From a virus: a stretch of 64,000 bases of DNA. Every line of letters starts with the position of its first letter. The first letter of the stretch is position 1. Location: positions 1 to 64,000 of IMG/VR virus record IMGVR_UViG_3300046804_003463; one strand, given 5' to 3'. The notes below the pieces were generated by a model. It saw only the letters and a list, made by a program, of their open reading frames with translations, did no database searches and was not told where the DNA came from. A program made the translations under genes and the position numbers. Of the stretch, positions 25,399 through 35,303 are shown piece by piece.

Positions 25399-27192
25399 TT
25401 AGCCCTCACATGCTAAACAGACCTCCTCGGTAGCCAGTTGCTTCAAATCAATTTCTTGAATGATTTCTCGTTCAATCTTTTTGGATACTTTGTCAGCCTT
25501 TGCTAGTTTTTCTGAACGACAGTAGTACAATGTTTTAAGTCCTTGCTTCCATGCTTGAAAGTGTACTGCATGAAGGTATTTAACATTTACATCAGGTCTA
25601 AAAAAGAGGTTAATGGATTGCGCCTGGTCAATGTAATGCTGTCTGTCAGCGGCGTGGTCCACAACCCATCTTTGGTCAATTTCCATACCAGTTTTGTAGA
25701 CATCTTTGGTGTAGTCATCCAGGAAATCCAAGTGCTGGACGGAACCGTCGTTTGCAATGATACTTGACCAGATTTCTTGATAATCCAATTTGCTGTCTGC
25801 ATTACATTTCTCCTGAATAATTTTATCTAGAAATTTATTCTTGTTTAGAAAAGCGCCTGAAAGAGTGTCTTGTCTATAAGCATTAGCACGGTAAGGCTCA
25901 ACGGAGGGACTAGTATTGCCCATAATAATGGAAGATGAAGCATTAGGAGCAATGGCAAGCATATGGCTAAACCTTTTACCTGTACCAACAGCATCAGGAG
26001 CCTCACCTCTTTCTTTTCCGAGTTCGTAATTTGCATCATCTAATCTCTCACGAATATGTTTGAATACTTGATTGTTCAGTGACTTTGCTACTGCTGATTC
26101 GAACGCCACATTTTTCTTCTGTAGAAGAGCATGATAGCCAAGAGCCCCCACGCCAATGCTGCGCTCTTGTTGAGCAGAGAACCTGGCTCTGTGTATAGCA
26201 TCAGGAGCATTGTCAATAAAATACTGAAGTACATTATCAAGCATTTCCGCCACGTCCCGCAGAAAAAGTTTATCATTTTTCCAATCATCATAATACTCCA
26301 AGTTTACAGACGAAAGACAGCAAACTGCTGTGCGTTGTTTATCTGTAGGTAAAATAATTTCACTGCAAAGATTTGATTGTTTGATGCTCAGGCCTTTTTC
26401 TTTCTGAAACTCTGGCATCAAACGATTTGATGTGTCAATGAAATGAATGTATGGTTCACCAGTGAGCATACGTGTTTCAAGTATGCGTTGCCACAATTCA
26501 CGTGCCGATATTTTATCTTTGACTTCACCTGAGTGTGGGTCTTTGAGTTCCCATGTATCATCAGCATCATGGTCAAGCATACATTTTTCAATCAGTTGCA
26601 TAAAGTCATCGGTGATGTTGATGCCATGATGCAGATTTAGTGTACGCAGATTAGGATCACCAGTTGGCTTTCTCATCTCTAAGAAATTGATAATATCAGG
26701 ATGAGAAATGTCAAGATAAGCAGCATAAGAGCCACGCCTTGTACGACCTTGTCTATATGCCAATGAAGATGCATCGTAAGTACGTAAGTGAGGCATAATA
26801 CCAACGGACTTATCGTCAGCAGAACGAATTCCCAAGCCGATTCCAACACCACCTCCCAACATTGATAACCAATTTACTTCCGAAAGAGTATTGACCAAAC
26901 CTTCCGCTGAATCATCCAAATAGGGTAGAAAACAACTGATAGGCAGACCACGCTTACTGCGGCCAAAAGATAAGATAGGAGTAGAATAAGAAAGCCAGTG
27001 CTTACTAGAATAATCGTAAAGCCTTTGAGCATGATCAGGATTGGATGCAAAGGCTGCGGATACGAATGCGAATCTTTCTTGTGGGCTTGTTTCGTCCTCA
27101 CGCATGTACGATTCTCTAAGTCTTTTAATTCCGAGTTCATCAAATAAGTTATCCCTTGTATAGTCTATTGTAATGCTGCTCTTATCTACCAT
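25399..27192 (-). CDS. nrdA: Ribonucleotide reductase class I alpha subunit (no ATP cone)
   Basis: ISCF, SNLCSEI, VCCLSS, APNASSS, KTLYY, C-terminal CLACEG. Confidence 0.95.
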   Translation of the reverse strand: MVDKSSITIDYTRDNLFDELGIKRLRESYMREDETSPQERFAFVSAAFASNPDHAQRLYDYSSKHWLSYSTPILSFGRSKRGLPISCFLPYLDDSAEGLVNTLSEVNWLSMLGGGVGIGLGIRSADDKSVGIMPHLRTYDASSLAYRQGRTRRGSYAAYLDISHPDIINFLEMRKPTGDPNLRTLNLHHGINITDDFMQLIEKCMLDHDADDTWELKDPHSGEVKDKISARELWQRILETRMLTGEPYIHFIDTSNRLMPEFQKEKGLSIKQSNLCSEIILPTDKQRTAVCCLSSVNLEYYDDWKNDKLFLRDVAEMLDNVLQYFIDNAPDAIHRARFSAQQERSIGVGALGYHALLQKKNVAFESAVAKSLNNQVFKHIRERLDDANYELGKERGEAPDAVGTGKRFSHMLAIAPNASSSIIMGNTSPSVEPYRANAYRQDTLSGAFLNKNKFLDKIIQEKCNADSKLDYQEIWSSIIANDGSVQHLDFLDDYTKDVYKTGMEIDQRWVVDHAADRQHYIDQAQSINLFFRPDVNVKYLHAVHFQAWKQGLKTLYYCRSEKLAKADKVSKKIEREIIQEIDLKQLATEEVCLACEG

Positions 27193-27205
27193 TTCTTCTC
27201 CATTG

Positions 27206-27871
27206 TTATTTTTCTAGTGCTGCCACTACATTTGGAAATTTATATTCAATAATTTCCCAACATGCTTTTGCTACATTCATATGTTCTTTTTGTGTGCCAT
27301 TTTCCATACGCAACTGACAGTAGTGGATCCAACTACGTAATGTACCATTCATGTACATACGTGACTGTGTGTTGCCTTCTGGTAATACTACACGTGCTTG
27401 TTCTTTTGCAATACCATTTGCTATCGCCCAATCATATGCTGCTTTTGCTTCAGCAATTAGATTGACTTGCTTAACTTTCCATTCCGACTGTAATTCATTA
27501 TCGTCAGTCTCAATAGAGTTTTGACGATTCTTTGTGTCTTGTAATCTTGCTTCACGTAGTTCAAAACCTAAATCTTTTGTTGGATCAGCATATCTTTGGC
27601 TGAACTCTTGAAAAGAAAAACTACGATGTCGCAAGATTTGTCTTGCAATGTCTCTTGTAGTGTTTATTTCCATAACGACATTGACCATTTCAAATGGTGA
27701 CCAATGTTGATTTTTGATAAGATAACGAATCAATTTTGCAGGGTCACTGTTCATTCCCTGATTGCTTGGATTTGATACACGTGCCATATGCACAATCAAA
27801 TCTTCAGCAGAACTGTAACCATTTAATGGTAACGTTATACCAACTAACTTCACATTCATAATTTCTTCCAA
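27206..27871 (-). CDS. thyX: FAD-dependent thymidylate synthase
   Basis: HWSPFE, RHRSFSFQEFSQRY. Confidence 0.95.
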   Translation of the reverse strand: MEEIMNVKLVGITLPLNGYSSAEDLIVHMARVSNPSNQGMNSDPAKLIRYLIKNQHWSPFEMVNVVMEINTTRDIARQILRHRSFSFQEFSQRYADPTKDLGFELREARLQDTKNRQNSIETDDNELQSEWKVKQVNLIAEAKAAYDWAIANGIAKEQARVVLPEGNTQSRMYMNGTLRSWIHYCQLRMENGTQKEHMNVAKACWEIIEYKFPNVVAALEK

Positions 27872-28905
27872 AAAGTAAATTTGGCTATAGCCTCAAGTCC
27901 ATAAAATGTATTACTATCTATGATTTCCTGAATTTCGCCTGTTGAAAAACCGTTCAGCACCATCTCATTTATATCTTTACCTTCAATGTTATCAGGCCAA
28001 ATTACAACATTATGATTTGATTTGATAGCATCCTCAATCAATTTACACACTTCTTTATTTCTTGGTTCATTATCAAATACCAAGGTAATTTTTTCTGCAT
28101 GAATATTTTTCACTGTTAAAGATAAATTAGCATCACCCGATGCTACACAATTATTCAGAAACAAACTATCTAGTGGACCTTCTACAAGATAAACACGTTT
28201 CTTTAAATCAACTCTGTCCATACCAAAGACAAGTTTACTTGTTGATTCATCTGTTCTCAATGTAACATAGCGTAGTGTGCGGTCGCTTGTCTCTAAAGCA
28301 CGACCAGACACAGCAATTAGTTCGTTCTGGTAATTAAAATATGGTATAACTAGCCTAGCGTCTTCAACTAGTTTCTTATCGTGATTTGGTATAAGCGCAT
28401 CACAAAATGCTTTGTAGTTTGAAGTGAACAACAACTTATCATAATGTTCTTCAGGTATTAAACGATTCTCAGCGTATGTTAGACAAAAATGTCCACTTGG
28501 TAAGTTACTGAGCCATTCCCCATGTTCAAATATGCTGCGCTTTTTGATGTGACCAAATTTGGGTGGGTTGGTGACGATTCGTGGTGAAAACTCACTCTTT
28601 CTGTGATACGTGTTGGCAGTTCCGGTTGTGCCCGACTTGTACTTTTCGAGTACATATTCTCCATGTAAGGATGGGTCGATGTGCTTGAGGAAATTGGCGA
28701 CATTTGTTCCTACTCCACAGTTATGACAGCGATAGAATAAATCATTGCCCTTGGCAAAAATATAACCACGGGCTTTGATTTTGTTAGTTTTGGAATCTCC
28801 ACAATACGGGCAAGAGAAGTTCCACAGATTGTCACCCTTCTGCTTGAAATTACGCAAGCGTGAAGAGGTCAATCTCACATATTTTGTATCAATATAAAGA
28901 GCCAT
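27856..28905 (-). CDS. DNA primase (T4 gp61-like)
   Basis: CPYCGDS..CHNC Zn finger, EGPLDS, DNE, KDIN TOPRIM. Confidence 0.95.
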   Translation of the reverse strand: MALYIDTKYVRLTSSRLRNFKQKGDNLWNFSCPYCGDSKTNKIKARGYIFAKGNDLFYRCHNCGVGTNVANFLKHIDPSLHGEYVLEKYKSGTTGTANTYHRKSEFSPRIVTNPPKFGHIKKRSIFEHGEWLSNLPSGHFCLTYAENRLIPEEHYDKLLFTSNYKAFCDALIPNHDKKLVEDARLVIPYFNYQNELIAVSGRALETSDRTLRYVTLRTDESTSKLVFGMDRVDLKKRVYLVEGPLDSLFLNNCVASGDANLSLTVKNIHAEKITLVFDNEPRNKEVCKLIEDAIKSNHNVVIWPDNIEGKDINEMVLNGFSTGEIQEIIDSNTFYGLEAIAKFTFWKKL

Positions 28906-28911
28906 ACATTC

Positions 28912-28940
28912 ATTATAACACTACTGCTCAAGAAAATCAA
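28912..28940 (-). promoter_or_regulatory. sigma70-type promoter for primase
   Basis: TTGATT-17-TATAAT with extended -10 TG. Confidence 0.65.
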
Positions 28941-29369
28941 TCAATTAAAAAACTTTGCCAGGTATTCGAATTTTACGTTAGAAATAATCCATGCGACAAC
29001 CACAACGCCGCCGGCGACCATCCACTTCCACTGCATCAAAGACTTTAGGTCATCGTCTTCTTTTTGATTGTGTTCGGTGATATGGTCACGCAACGATTTG
29101 ATTTCATCCATGATTCTACGTTCTGTCAGTTCAATCTTATCGGATAGATTTCTGTCTGTGGTAGTAATCCTCGAATGAAGTTCCTTAATATCGCTAACGG
29201 TATCTTCTTTGCGTTTGTCCATGTCTTTGTAAATTTGGTTGACCACCGATGAATTGTTATCTGAGAGTTTCTCGATAACACGATCCATCTTTTCACAAAG
29301 GTCAACAAGTGTGTTGACTTTCTCTTTGAGAACGCCAACTTCCACTTTGAGTGCTACATCTCCGTCCAT
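28941..29369 (-). CDS. Coiled-coil protein with C-terminal TM
   Basis: Heptads, WKWMVAGGVVVV anchor. Confidence 0.75.
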   Translation of the reverse strand: MDGDVALKVEVGVLKEKVNTLVDLCEKMDRVIEKLSDNNSSVVNQIYKDMDKRKEDTVSDIKELHSRITTTDRNLSDKIELTERRIMDEIKSLRDHITEHNQKEDDDLKSLMQWKWMVAGGVVVVAWIISNVKFEYLAKFFN

Positions 29370-29372
29370 TGC

Positions 29373-29570
29373 TTACTTCTTATCAGGTATCGCTGTACCT
29401 TCCAGTTTTTTGTGGACTTTGATAGTCTTGCAGACTTCTTTTTCTTTTTTAGTTTTGTTATCAAACTCTTTGACACACACTTTCTTTTCTTCAGCAGCAA
29501 AAGCGCCTTTGCTTAGTGGTACGAAAAGCAGAGCCAAAATCATGGATAAGAATGCAATTTCTTTTTTCAT
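29373..29570 (-). CDS. Small exported protein
   Basis: Signal peptide, Cys pair. Confidence 0.7.
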   Translation of the reverse strand: MKKEIAFLSMILALLFVPLSKGAFAAEEKKVCVKEFDNKTKKEKEVCKTIKVHKKLEGTAIPDKK

Positions 29571-29794
29571 TTTTCTTCCTTCGAAACAAATTTTTCGGTT
29601 GCGGTAAATCCCAATCCACCAAGCACAACATACATTATAACATCAAGTGTCTGAGGATTCAATTTCTTTTCAAAAAACAATTCGGCAATAAAACCAGTAG
29701 CAAGCAAAAGGAACGCCAAAAAGGTAATGAACCTTTTGCTGCTAGGCTGTTGCTCACCTTCAGCGGTGAGCATTTGTATCATAAATTTTTTCAC
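29567..29794 (-). CDS. Holin-like two-TM protein
   Basis: SSKRF, two TM segments, in lysis cluster. Confidence 0.55.
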   Translation of the reverse strand: MKKFMIQMLTAEGEQQPSSKRFITFLAFLLLATGFIAELFFEKKLNPQTLDVIMYVVLGGLGFTATEKFVSKEEK

Positions 29795-30279
29795 AGTTCT
29801 GGATGTGGTGGCTGTGCTGGTGCTTCTTTACCACCAAAACCTGTTGCCACTGTTGGTGCAAATGATGCAAATGCATCAAATCCAGCAGACATACCCATTG
29901 GTGCTGCAAACCCAGCCATGCTCGTTGGTGAACTAAAGCCCACTGAACTTACTGGAGCTGGTGGTGGAGATGGTGGAGGTGGCTTGTTTGCTGCTTCAAG
30001 TGCCTTTGCTCTCAACTCTTTATCATCACCTGCTAACATAATACCCGACAATGTACCAGTCAAGAATGTAGCAATTGGAATAATCAATTCAAAAAACTTA
30101 TTGTCAACAGGACTCATGCCGTTCATTGGCTGAGTAACAAAAATCAAACTATACAGAACAACAAAAACAATACCAAATAGTGTTAGACCTAAAACGATAC
30201 CAATGAAAAACTTCAGTCGTGCGTTTAGTTCTTCAGTGGTGTATCTTTCTCCTGACCATAATTCGTTAATCATTTGCAT
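29791..30279 (-). CDS. Two-TM membrane protein with Pro-rich tail
   Basis: Hydrophobic helices; in lysis cluster. Confidence 0.7.
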   Translation of the reverse strand: MQMINELWSGERYTTEELNARLKFFIGIVLGLTLFGIVFVVLYSLIFVTQPMNGMSPVDNKFFELIIPIATFLTGTLSGIMLAGDDKELRAKALEAANKPPPPSPPPAPVSSVGFSSPTSMAGFAAPMGMSAGFDAFASFAPTVATGFGGKEAPAQPPHPEL

Positions 30280-30494
30280 TCTCCTTTACTTGGAACTTGT
30301 AGCATTGGTTGTGAAGGTTGACCGACTTTATTTTTTTCGTAATGTGTCAAATCTTCTGGACAAGTTCCGTTTGCGCTACAGTATGGTTTTTTACATTGTT
30401 TCTGTTCCCAATTTTCTGGGTCTTGACATGGATAACGATATCTTTCTTCACAAGCAACCAGTAATGGTAACAATAGAAGGACTAGATATTTCAT
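30270..30494 (-). CDS. Small lipoprotein
   Basis: LVAC lipobox, RYPCQDP.NW. Confidence 0.75.
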   Translation of the reverse strand: MKYLVLLLLPLLVACEERYRYPCQDPENWEQKQCKKPYCSANGTCPEDLTHYEKNKVGQPSQPMLQVPSKGECK

Positions 30495-31111
30495 CAGTGT
30501 ACTCCTAGAACATGAAGTGCATGTTCATAATGTTTCTTGCGGTCTTCAAGTCCTATGGTGCCACCATTAATTCTCTTAGTCATGGTCAGAATATCACCTT
30601 TATCTGCCCATTGATTCAGTTTGTTTGTTTCCCAAAACCAACATGCAGATTGTGCAGCGCCTTCAAATGTTTGTGTATATTCTGCTGCTTCTTCAGGAGA
30701 TATTTCTAATGAAGCGGCAAACCAAGTATAGTTTGTTTTGCCAGTCAGTTGAATCAGTCCACGGCCACGGTATTTGTAGCCGTCACCAGATGCTTCGTTG
30801 CCATTACCCATACGGTCGGCGTAAATACGATTAGCAATTTTCTCTGGTTTCTTTTCATATGCTTTTGCAGTTGCCATATCTGGAAAATACTTTCCAAATA
30901 TTTTCATCAGACTTTCTGCTTTGTAGTTCAAGTTCTCTGTGAGAAAAACAAAACCACCAGACTCATGTGAGCATTGTGCAATAAACGATGCAATACGCTG
31001 TGGCGTATTGATTTCATAATCTGGAAGTAATTGGCTTAATGCTTTGTGCCACTGATCAATATATGGGTTTTTTGGTAGTAATTGTTTTAATTGTTCTTTT
31101 GTGAGTTCCAT
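30494..31111 (-). CDS. Endolysin, glycoside hydrolase family 19
   Basis: AQCSHESGG, ENLNY, YRGRGLIQLTG, INGG. Confidence 0.9.
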   Translation of the reverse strand: MELTKEQLKQLLPKNPYIDQWHKALSQLLPDYEINTPQRIASFIAQCSHESGGFVFLTENLNYKAESLMKIFGKYFPDMATAKAYEKKPEKIANRIYADRMGNGNEASGDGYKYRGRGLIQLTGKTNYTWFAASLEISPEEAAEYTQTFEGAAQSACWFWETNKLNQWADKGDILTMTKRINGGTIGLEDRKKHYEHALHVLGVH

Positions 31112-31126
31112 GTGTATCCTCAGGTA

Positions 31127-31387
31127 TTATTTTACGGAATCAAAAATCTCCTTTTGTAATCTATACCATTCTATCCACATGTCAACTTTGTCACTACACT
31201 TATGATACTCCATGTAGTTGTCAGATACGACCGTAATCACATCACTCAGTTTGGTCGTGTCTTCTTTTAGTTGTGTCAGTGGCGGGCAAGGTTTTCCTAG
31301 TGATTCTGGCATTTCAGGAAACTTACGAGCCACTGGCACGGTAGTGCTACAGCCAGACAGCAATAAGACTATAAGTAATTTTTTCAT
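31127..31387 (-). CDS. Outer-membrane spanin (Rz1-like lipoprotein)
   Basis: LSGC lipobox, Pro-rich, next to endolysin. Confidence 0.75.
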   Translation of the reverse strand: MKKLLIVLLLSGCSTTVPVARKFPEMPESLGKPCPPLTQLKEDTTKLSDVITVVSDNYMEYHKCSDKVDMWIEWYRLQKEIFDSVK

Positions 31388-31821
31388 GGCTTCTTGGCTG
31401 CTTCGTTCAAAATACTTACTACGTTGGGATCAAGTTCACACTTCGCATCAATAACTTTTTCCACTTCCTTAATCTTTTGGACAATAATCTCTCGTTTTTC
31501 AACGACTCTCTTTGTTCTCTCTCTGATTTGCGTTTCAATAACAACATTTGTCTGCTGTGATTTCGCTTCTGCATCTTTCACTTTCTCCTCTAGTTCAGCC
31601 ACTCGTTGACGCCATTCTTGCTCTACGCTATAGCCTCCTTTCCAATATATACCGACACAGAGCAGTGCTATGGAAACATATTTGATTATGTTCGCATAGT
31701 TGCTAATGAATAATAGTCTGCTACCTATGAAACCTAAGATGGTGCCTATGACACCACAAACTAAAACTGTATTAATAATGAATAGAAGAAAACCAGAGGG
31801 CAAAAAACTAAGAAGCCACAT
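31384..31821 (-). CDS. Inner-membrane spanin (Rz-like)
   Basis: N-terminal TMs, periplasmic coiled coil. Confidence 0.7.
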   Translation of the reverse strand: MWLLSFLPSGFLLFIINTVLVCGVIGTILGFIGSRLLFISNYANIIKYVSIALLCVGIYWKGGYSVEQEWRQRVAELEEKVKDAEAKSQQTNVVIETQIRERTKRVVEKREIIVQKIKEVEKVIDAKCELDPNVVSILNEAAKKP

Positions 31822-32041
31822 TTGATTTTCTCTTTAGGAATGAAATGAATGTCGCAGTCTTGCGTTTCTTGACACCAGGTTCACCCTGTGGTCCTACACC
31901 AAGTCCGGCAATAGCACCACCGCCGACTGCGTTTGCTGGTGCGCCCATAGCACCAGCATCTTCTTTGAGTGGTTTACAGACTTTATCGGTGCTACACCAA
32001 TAATAACCTGCACCACATTCTTTTTTGAATTCGTTAGACAT
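31808..32041 (-). CDS. Small late protein (MSNEFKKECGAG..)
   Basis: Start right after ATAAATA late promoter at 32047-32053. Confidence 0.65.
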   Translation of the reverse strand: MSNEFKKECGAGYYWCSTDKVCKPLKEDAGAMGAPANAVGGGAIAGLGVGPQGEPGVKKRKTATFISFLKRKSNVAS

Positions 32042-32057
32042 AGTTTTATTTATGTTA

Positions 32058-32774
32058 TTAGTACCCTGTTCCACCAACATTATAGCCAGTATATACAGTC
32101 CAATTTGTGCCTGTGCTATCTCCAACCATAACATAACTTTGATTGGCAGTTACACCACGATTTGATGGTCCCAAATCACCGCCTGTGAGTTTTGCTGTAG
32201 AACTGTACAAACCGGAAATGACACCAACATTATTATTACCTCTTGCTTGTACACCAACCAACAATTCAATCCAAGGACTGCCACCAGTCAGACTTGGGTT
32301 AAAAAATGTTAATTCATACACCATGTTGGGGCTGCCCGGTGTGCCAGTTGTTGATGATGTTCCTTCCCAACGCAACCTCTTATAGTCTGTACCCGAAGTA
32401 AAACTTGAAACTCTTTGCCATGAATTATCTGCGGCGGCAAAAAATATTTTATTGAGAGCAGGTGAAGATGCACTTAGACCATTGAATTGATTTGAGCCTG
32501 AACCGAATGTTACATAGTAATTTGAGTTTGGAAAAAAACTAGTATAACCAGTATTATTGTATGTCCATGTAAATGGTAAAGTCACATTTGTATTTGCATC
32601 ATCACCAGTTGATGAAATGATAGATGTCCAACCAGATGCGGGAAATGGACTTTGTGCGCCAGCACCCAGAACGGGCGCCTTTGTGCCAGTGTTTAATGTA
32701 TAAACACCACTAACTGGTATCTGTGAATCAACGTAGATTCCACCAGTGATTGTGATGCCAGGTCCGATTATCAT
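32058..32774 (-). CDS. Putative virion structural protein
   Basis: G/S/T/N-rich, MIIGPGITITGGI start. Confidence 0.65.
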   Translation of the reverse strand: MIIGPGITITGGIYVDSQIPVSGVYTLNTGTKAPVLGAGAQSPFPASGWTSIISSTGDDANTNVTLPFTWTYNNTGYTSFFPNSNYYVTFGSGSNQFNGLSASSPALNKIFFAAADNSWQRVSSFTSGTDYKRLRWEGTSSTTGTPGSPNMVYELTFFNPSLTGGSPWIELLVGVQARGNNNVGVISGLYSSTAKLTGGDLGPSNRGVTANQSYVMVGDSTGTNWTVYTGYNVGGTGY

Positions 32775-33163
32775 TTTAGATTTCTGAGAACTTCTGCGAC
32801 ATTCATATCAATCGGTATTTCTGATGATATGATGTCTGTGCCGTTGATGCCACGAACTCTTTCGGGCATGAGATTCAAAAATATCAAATATGTTTTGAGA
32901 ATACTATAATCACTTTTGTTGGTGTGATAAAACATTATTCTCGTCGATACTTCAGGACCAAAAATATTGTACAAAACAACAATGTGATTGAGTATCAGTC
33001 GCTCACGCATTTCACCATGTTTAGAGTAACGTCTGAATAATCGTTTGAGATAATTTAATCGCTTCATGTCCTCAGTGAACTCACTCATGATGCAATTAGG
33101 CCTATCATAAGCCTTTGCAGCATATAACATAATATTTTCTTCAGTCAGATTCTCAAACGACAT
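32771..33163 (-). CDS. Conserved T4-like hypothetical protein
   Basis: Y..P.C..EF.ED..R..Y.KRL..RLILNH..L.N.FG. Confidence 0.8.
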   Translation of the reverse strand: MSFENLTEENIMLYAAKAYDRPNCIMSEFTEDMKRLNYLKRLFRRYSKHGEMRERLILNHIVVLYNIFGPEVSTRIMFYHTNKSDYSILKTYLIFLNLMPERVRGINGTDIISSEIPIDMNVAEVLRNLK

Positions 33164-33170
33164 AATAAAT

Positions 33171-33192
33171 GCGGCTGACCGAAGCCAGCCGC
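33171..33192 (-). terminator. Hairpin/terminator
   Basis: GCGGCUGGC-UUCG-GUCAGCCGC followed by AUUUAUU. Confidence 0.6.
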
Positions 33193-33200
33193 CAATTCAA

Positions 33201-33779
33201 TCAAGAGTCAGGTGCAATAGCGTCATCAGATGCGTCACCAGTCATTGAACCCATTGCTACTAGAGTTTCAAATGTGGTGCGACCATTGCGTCCACCCATT
33301 GTAAAGGTGAATGCAGTGTTTCCAAATGTGTTCGCTGTTGGTGTACCAGTATACAGACCAGCATTTGAAACTGAGATGCTAGAAATTCTACCAGTAGCAG
33401 CAGTCGTTACGCTGACTTGTGCAGAGGTGTTATTTGTACCACCACCAGACAATACCAGTGTATATGTGCAGGCCGATGCTGCTGGACCTACAGCGCCAGT
33501 GTTTGCTGTAACTGACACAACAGGACCAGAACCTTTTGTACGAGCTACCCAACCAGCATGTGTTGGTTGACCGTCAGTGATAAGTGGCTCTTCTGTCGTA
33601 TCTATACCGAATACACCAAACTCTACATTTGTGCGGGTTGCACTCATGTATGTGTTACCAAATACTGATGAAGTTTCCGAATTAGCTATACTTTCACCAG
33701 TGGTTGATACATCGTAGCCTGTTAGACCCGAAAAGTTTGGAGCATTGTTAGATGCGTCTACATTTCCCCAAAGTGGCAT
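33201..33779 (-). CDS. Putative virion structural protein
   Basis: MPLWG..HAGWV..GR...ETLVAM; late promoter at 33808-33814. Confidence 0.75.
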   Translation of the reverse strand: MPLWGNVDASNNAPNFSGLTGYDVSTTGESIANSETSSVFGNTYMSATRTNVEFGVFGIDTTEEPLITDGQPTHAGWVARTKGSGPVVSVTANTGAVGPAASACTYTLVLSGGGTNNTSAQVSVTTAATGRISSISVSNAGLYTGTPTANTFGNTAFTFTMGGRNGRTTFETLVAMGSMTGDASDDAIAPDS

Positions 33780-33810
33780 GTTTTTCTCCTATAAATCTTT
33801 GATTGTTTAT

Positions 33811-35301
33811 TTATGTTTTCTGCATATCGCTAGACAATTCGGGGTCTTTTTGAAACTTGTCCGATGCCTCTTCTTGTTCTTGCTTTTTTCCTTTTGCAGC
33901 ATCTCTTACGATTTGTGCTTTACGGGATAGAGTTCTTGCTGCTGCACTTGGCTCGTCAACGGCTTCACTTACAGTCTTCCAGCCACCCCCCTTTGACTTG
34001 TACCACTTTGATGCCCAACCGTTGGCATATGCAGAAGGATACACATCAAACTTTTGTTTTGCTAGTGCTTTTGCTTTAGACCACAATGCAGGATTGGTCG
34101 GAGCATTCTTCTCTTCAAGATACTCAATCTCTTCGTTGACATGACCATACTTCTTTTTGTACCAATCAGGCATGCCATTCTTTTTTCTCCAATGTCTTAC
34201 AGTCGCAGAATCATTTGCTTGGTCACGATACTTGTTTTCTGCTGTTGTGTTATGACTCTTCATTGCTTCTGCTGCTTCATGTGCATCTTTGGCAATGTGA
34301 ACTAACGCTTCATTAGATTTCTTATGATACTCATGACCTTCTAGTGGATGACGCTGTGATGGACGGCCTTCTGTCAGTTCAACTTCTTCTTTGTTGTATT
34401 TCTTTTTCAAATACTTGTCAACCTTGCGTTCATATTCACCTTTTGGTTTCTTTGCAACAGGAGTACCATGTGGAGAAGGAACATATCGCTTAACTTCTTC
34501 TTTCATACCCTTAGGCTTGATACCTTTTTTCTTCATGTTGATAGCAATTGCTGCCTGTTGTGCAGGATTTGCTGCTTCGCTCAATTCACCACGCAGATAG
34601 TTTGCCGCTGTAGAAATATAATCTTCAGCCAATGTAATCTTTGATTGTACCCATTCAGGAAGATTTGTGTTATCATCCATCATGTCAATCAAATCTTGTG
34701 CATTGAACATTAACGAACGAAGTTGTGACATTGCCATATCGCCTTCGTAATCGTATTCACGTGGGTCTTTTGCTTCTTTCATATGTTCCTCGTTTACTCT
34801 AGGTGATGCTTGAGTGAAAGATTGAAATGGTTTTTTTGAAGGTCCAGAAACATGTCTGCCTTTTTTGAACAATTCATATGAAATTCTTCCAGTTTGAATT
34901 TGTTCATTCACTTCTGTCTCTTCAGAAACTCTTGATGCTTTCATGATACCACGAATCAATGGTGCTTTGAGTTGTTTATGTCTTGGCACAGAAATGTTTT
35001 CTTTTGACTTAGGATGGCCGTATACATCATGACCACCAGAAGTTCTCTTCAGTGACCAACCAGATTTTTTCAGATGAGCATGTACATCACGTGTCTTCAT
35101 GCTTGACTCTGGCATCTCATCAAGTTGTTCAACTGATTCAACTTTATATTTCTTTTTGATTTCGGCCTGCTTTGCAAGTCTTTCTCTGTCATCAGAAATG
35201 CTGTAAGAATGACCTAGTTCTTTGTAATAGTCGGGATGTGGTAGTCCCGACTTCTTACGCAGAGCCATTTGTCGTTGATGTAGTTTATCGGCGACTGACA
35301 T
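33811..35301 (-). CDS. Multi-domain putative head-packaged polyprotein containing a HicA-like domain
   Basis: Acidic linkers ESVEQLDE, EETEVNE, EEVELTE, EEIEYLEE separating small domains. Confidence 0.75.
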   Translation of the reverse strand: MSVADKLHQRQMALRKKSGLPHPDYYKELGHSYSISDDRERLAKQAEIKKKYKVESVEQLDEMPESSMKTRDVHAHLKKSGWSLKRTSGGHDVYGHPKSKENISVPRHKQLKAPLIRGIMKASRVSEETEVNEQIQTGRISYELFKKGRHVSGPSKKPFQSFTQASPRVNEEHMKEAKDPREYDYEGDMAMSQLRSLMFNAQDLIDMMDDNTNLPEWVQSKITLAEDYISTAANYLRGELSEAANPAQQAAIAINMKKKGIKPKGMKEEVKRYVPSPHGTPVAKKPKGEYERKVDKYLKKKYNKEEVELTEGRPSQRHPLEGHEYHKKSNEALVHIAKDAHEAAEAMKSHNTTAENKYRDQANDSATVRHWRKKNGMPDWYKKKYGHVNEEIEYLEEKNAPTNPALWSKAKALAKQKFDVYPSAYANGWASKWYKSKGGGWKTVSEAVDEPSAAARTLSRKAQIVRDAAKGKKQEQEEASDKFQKDPELSSDMQKT

Positions 35302-35303
35302 GA

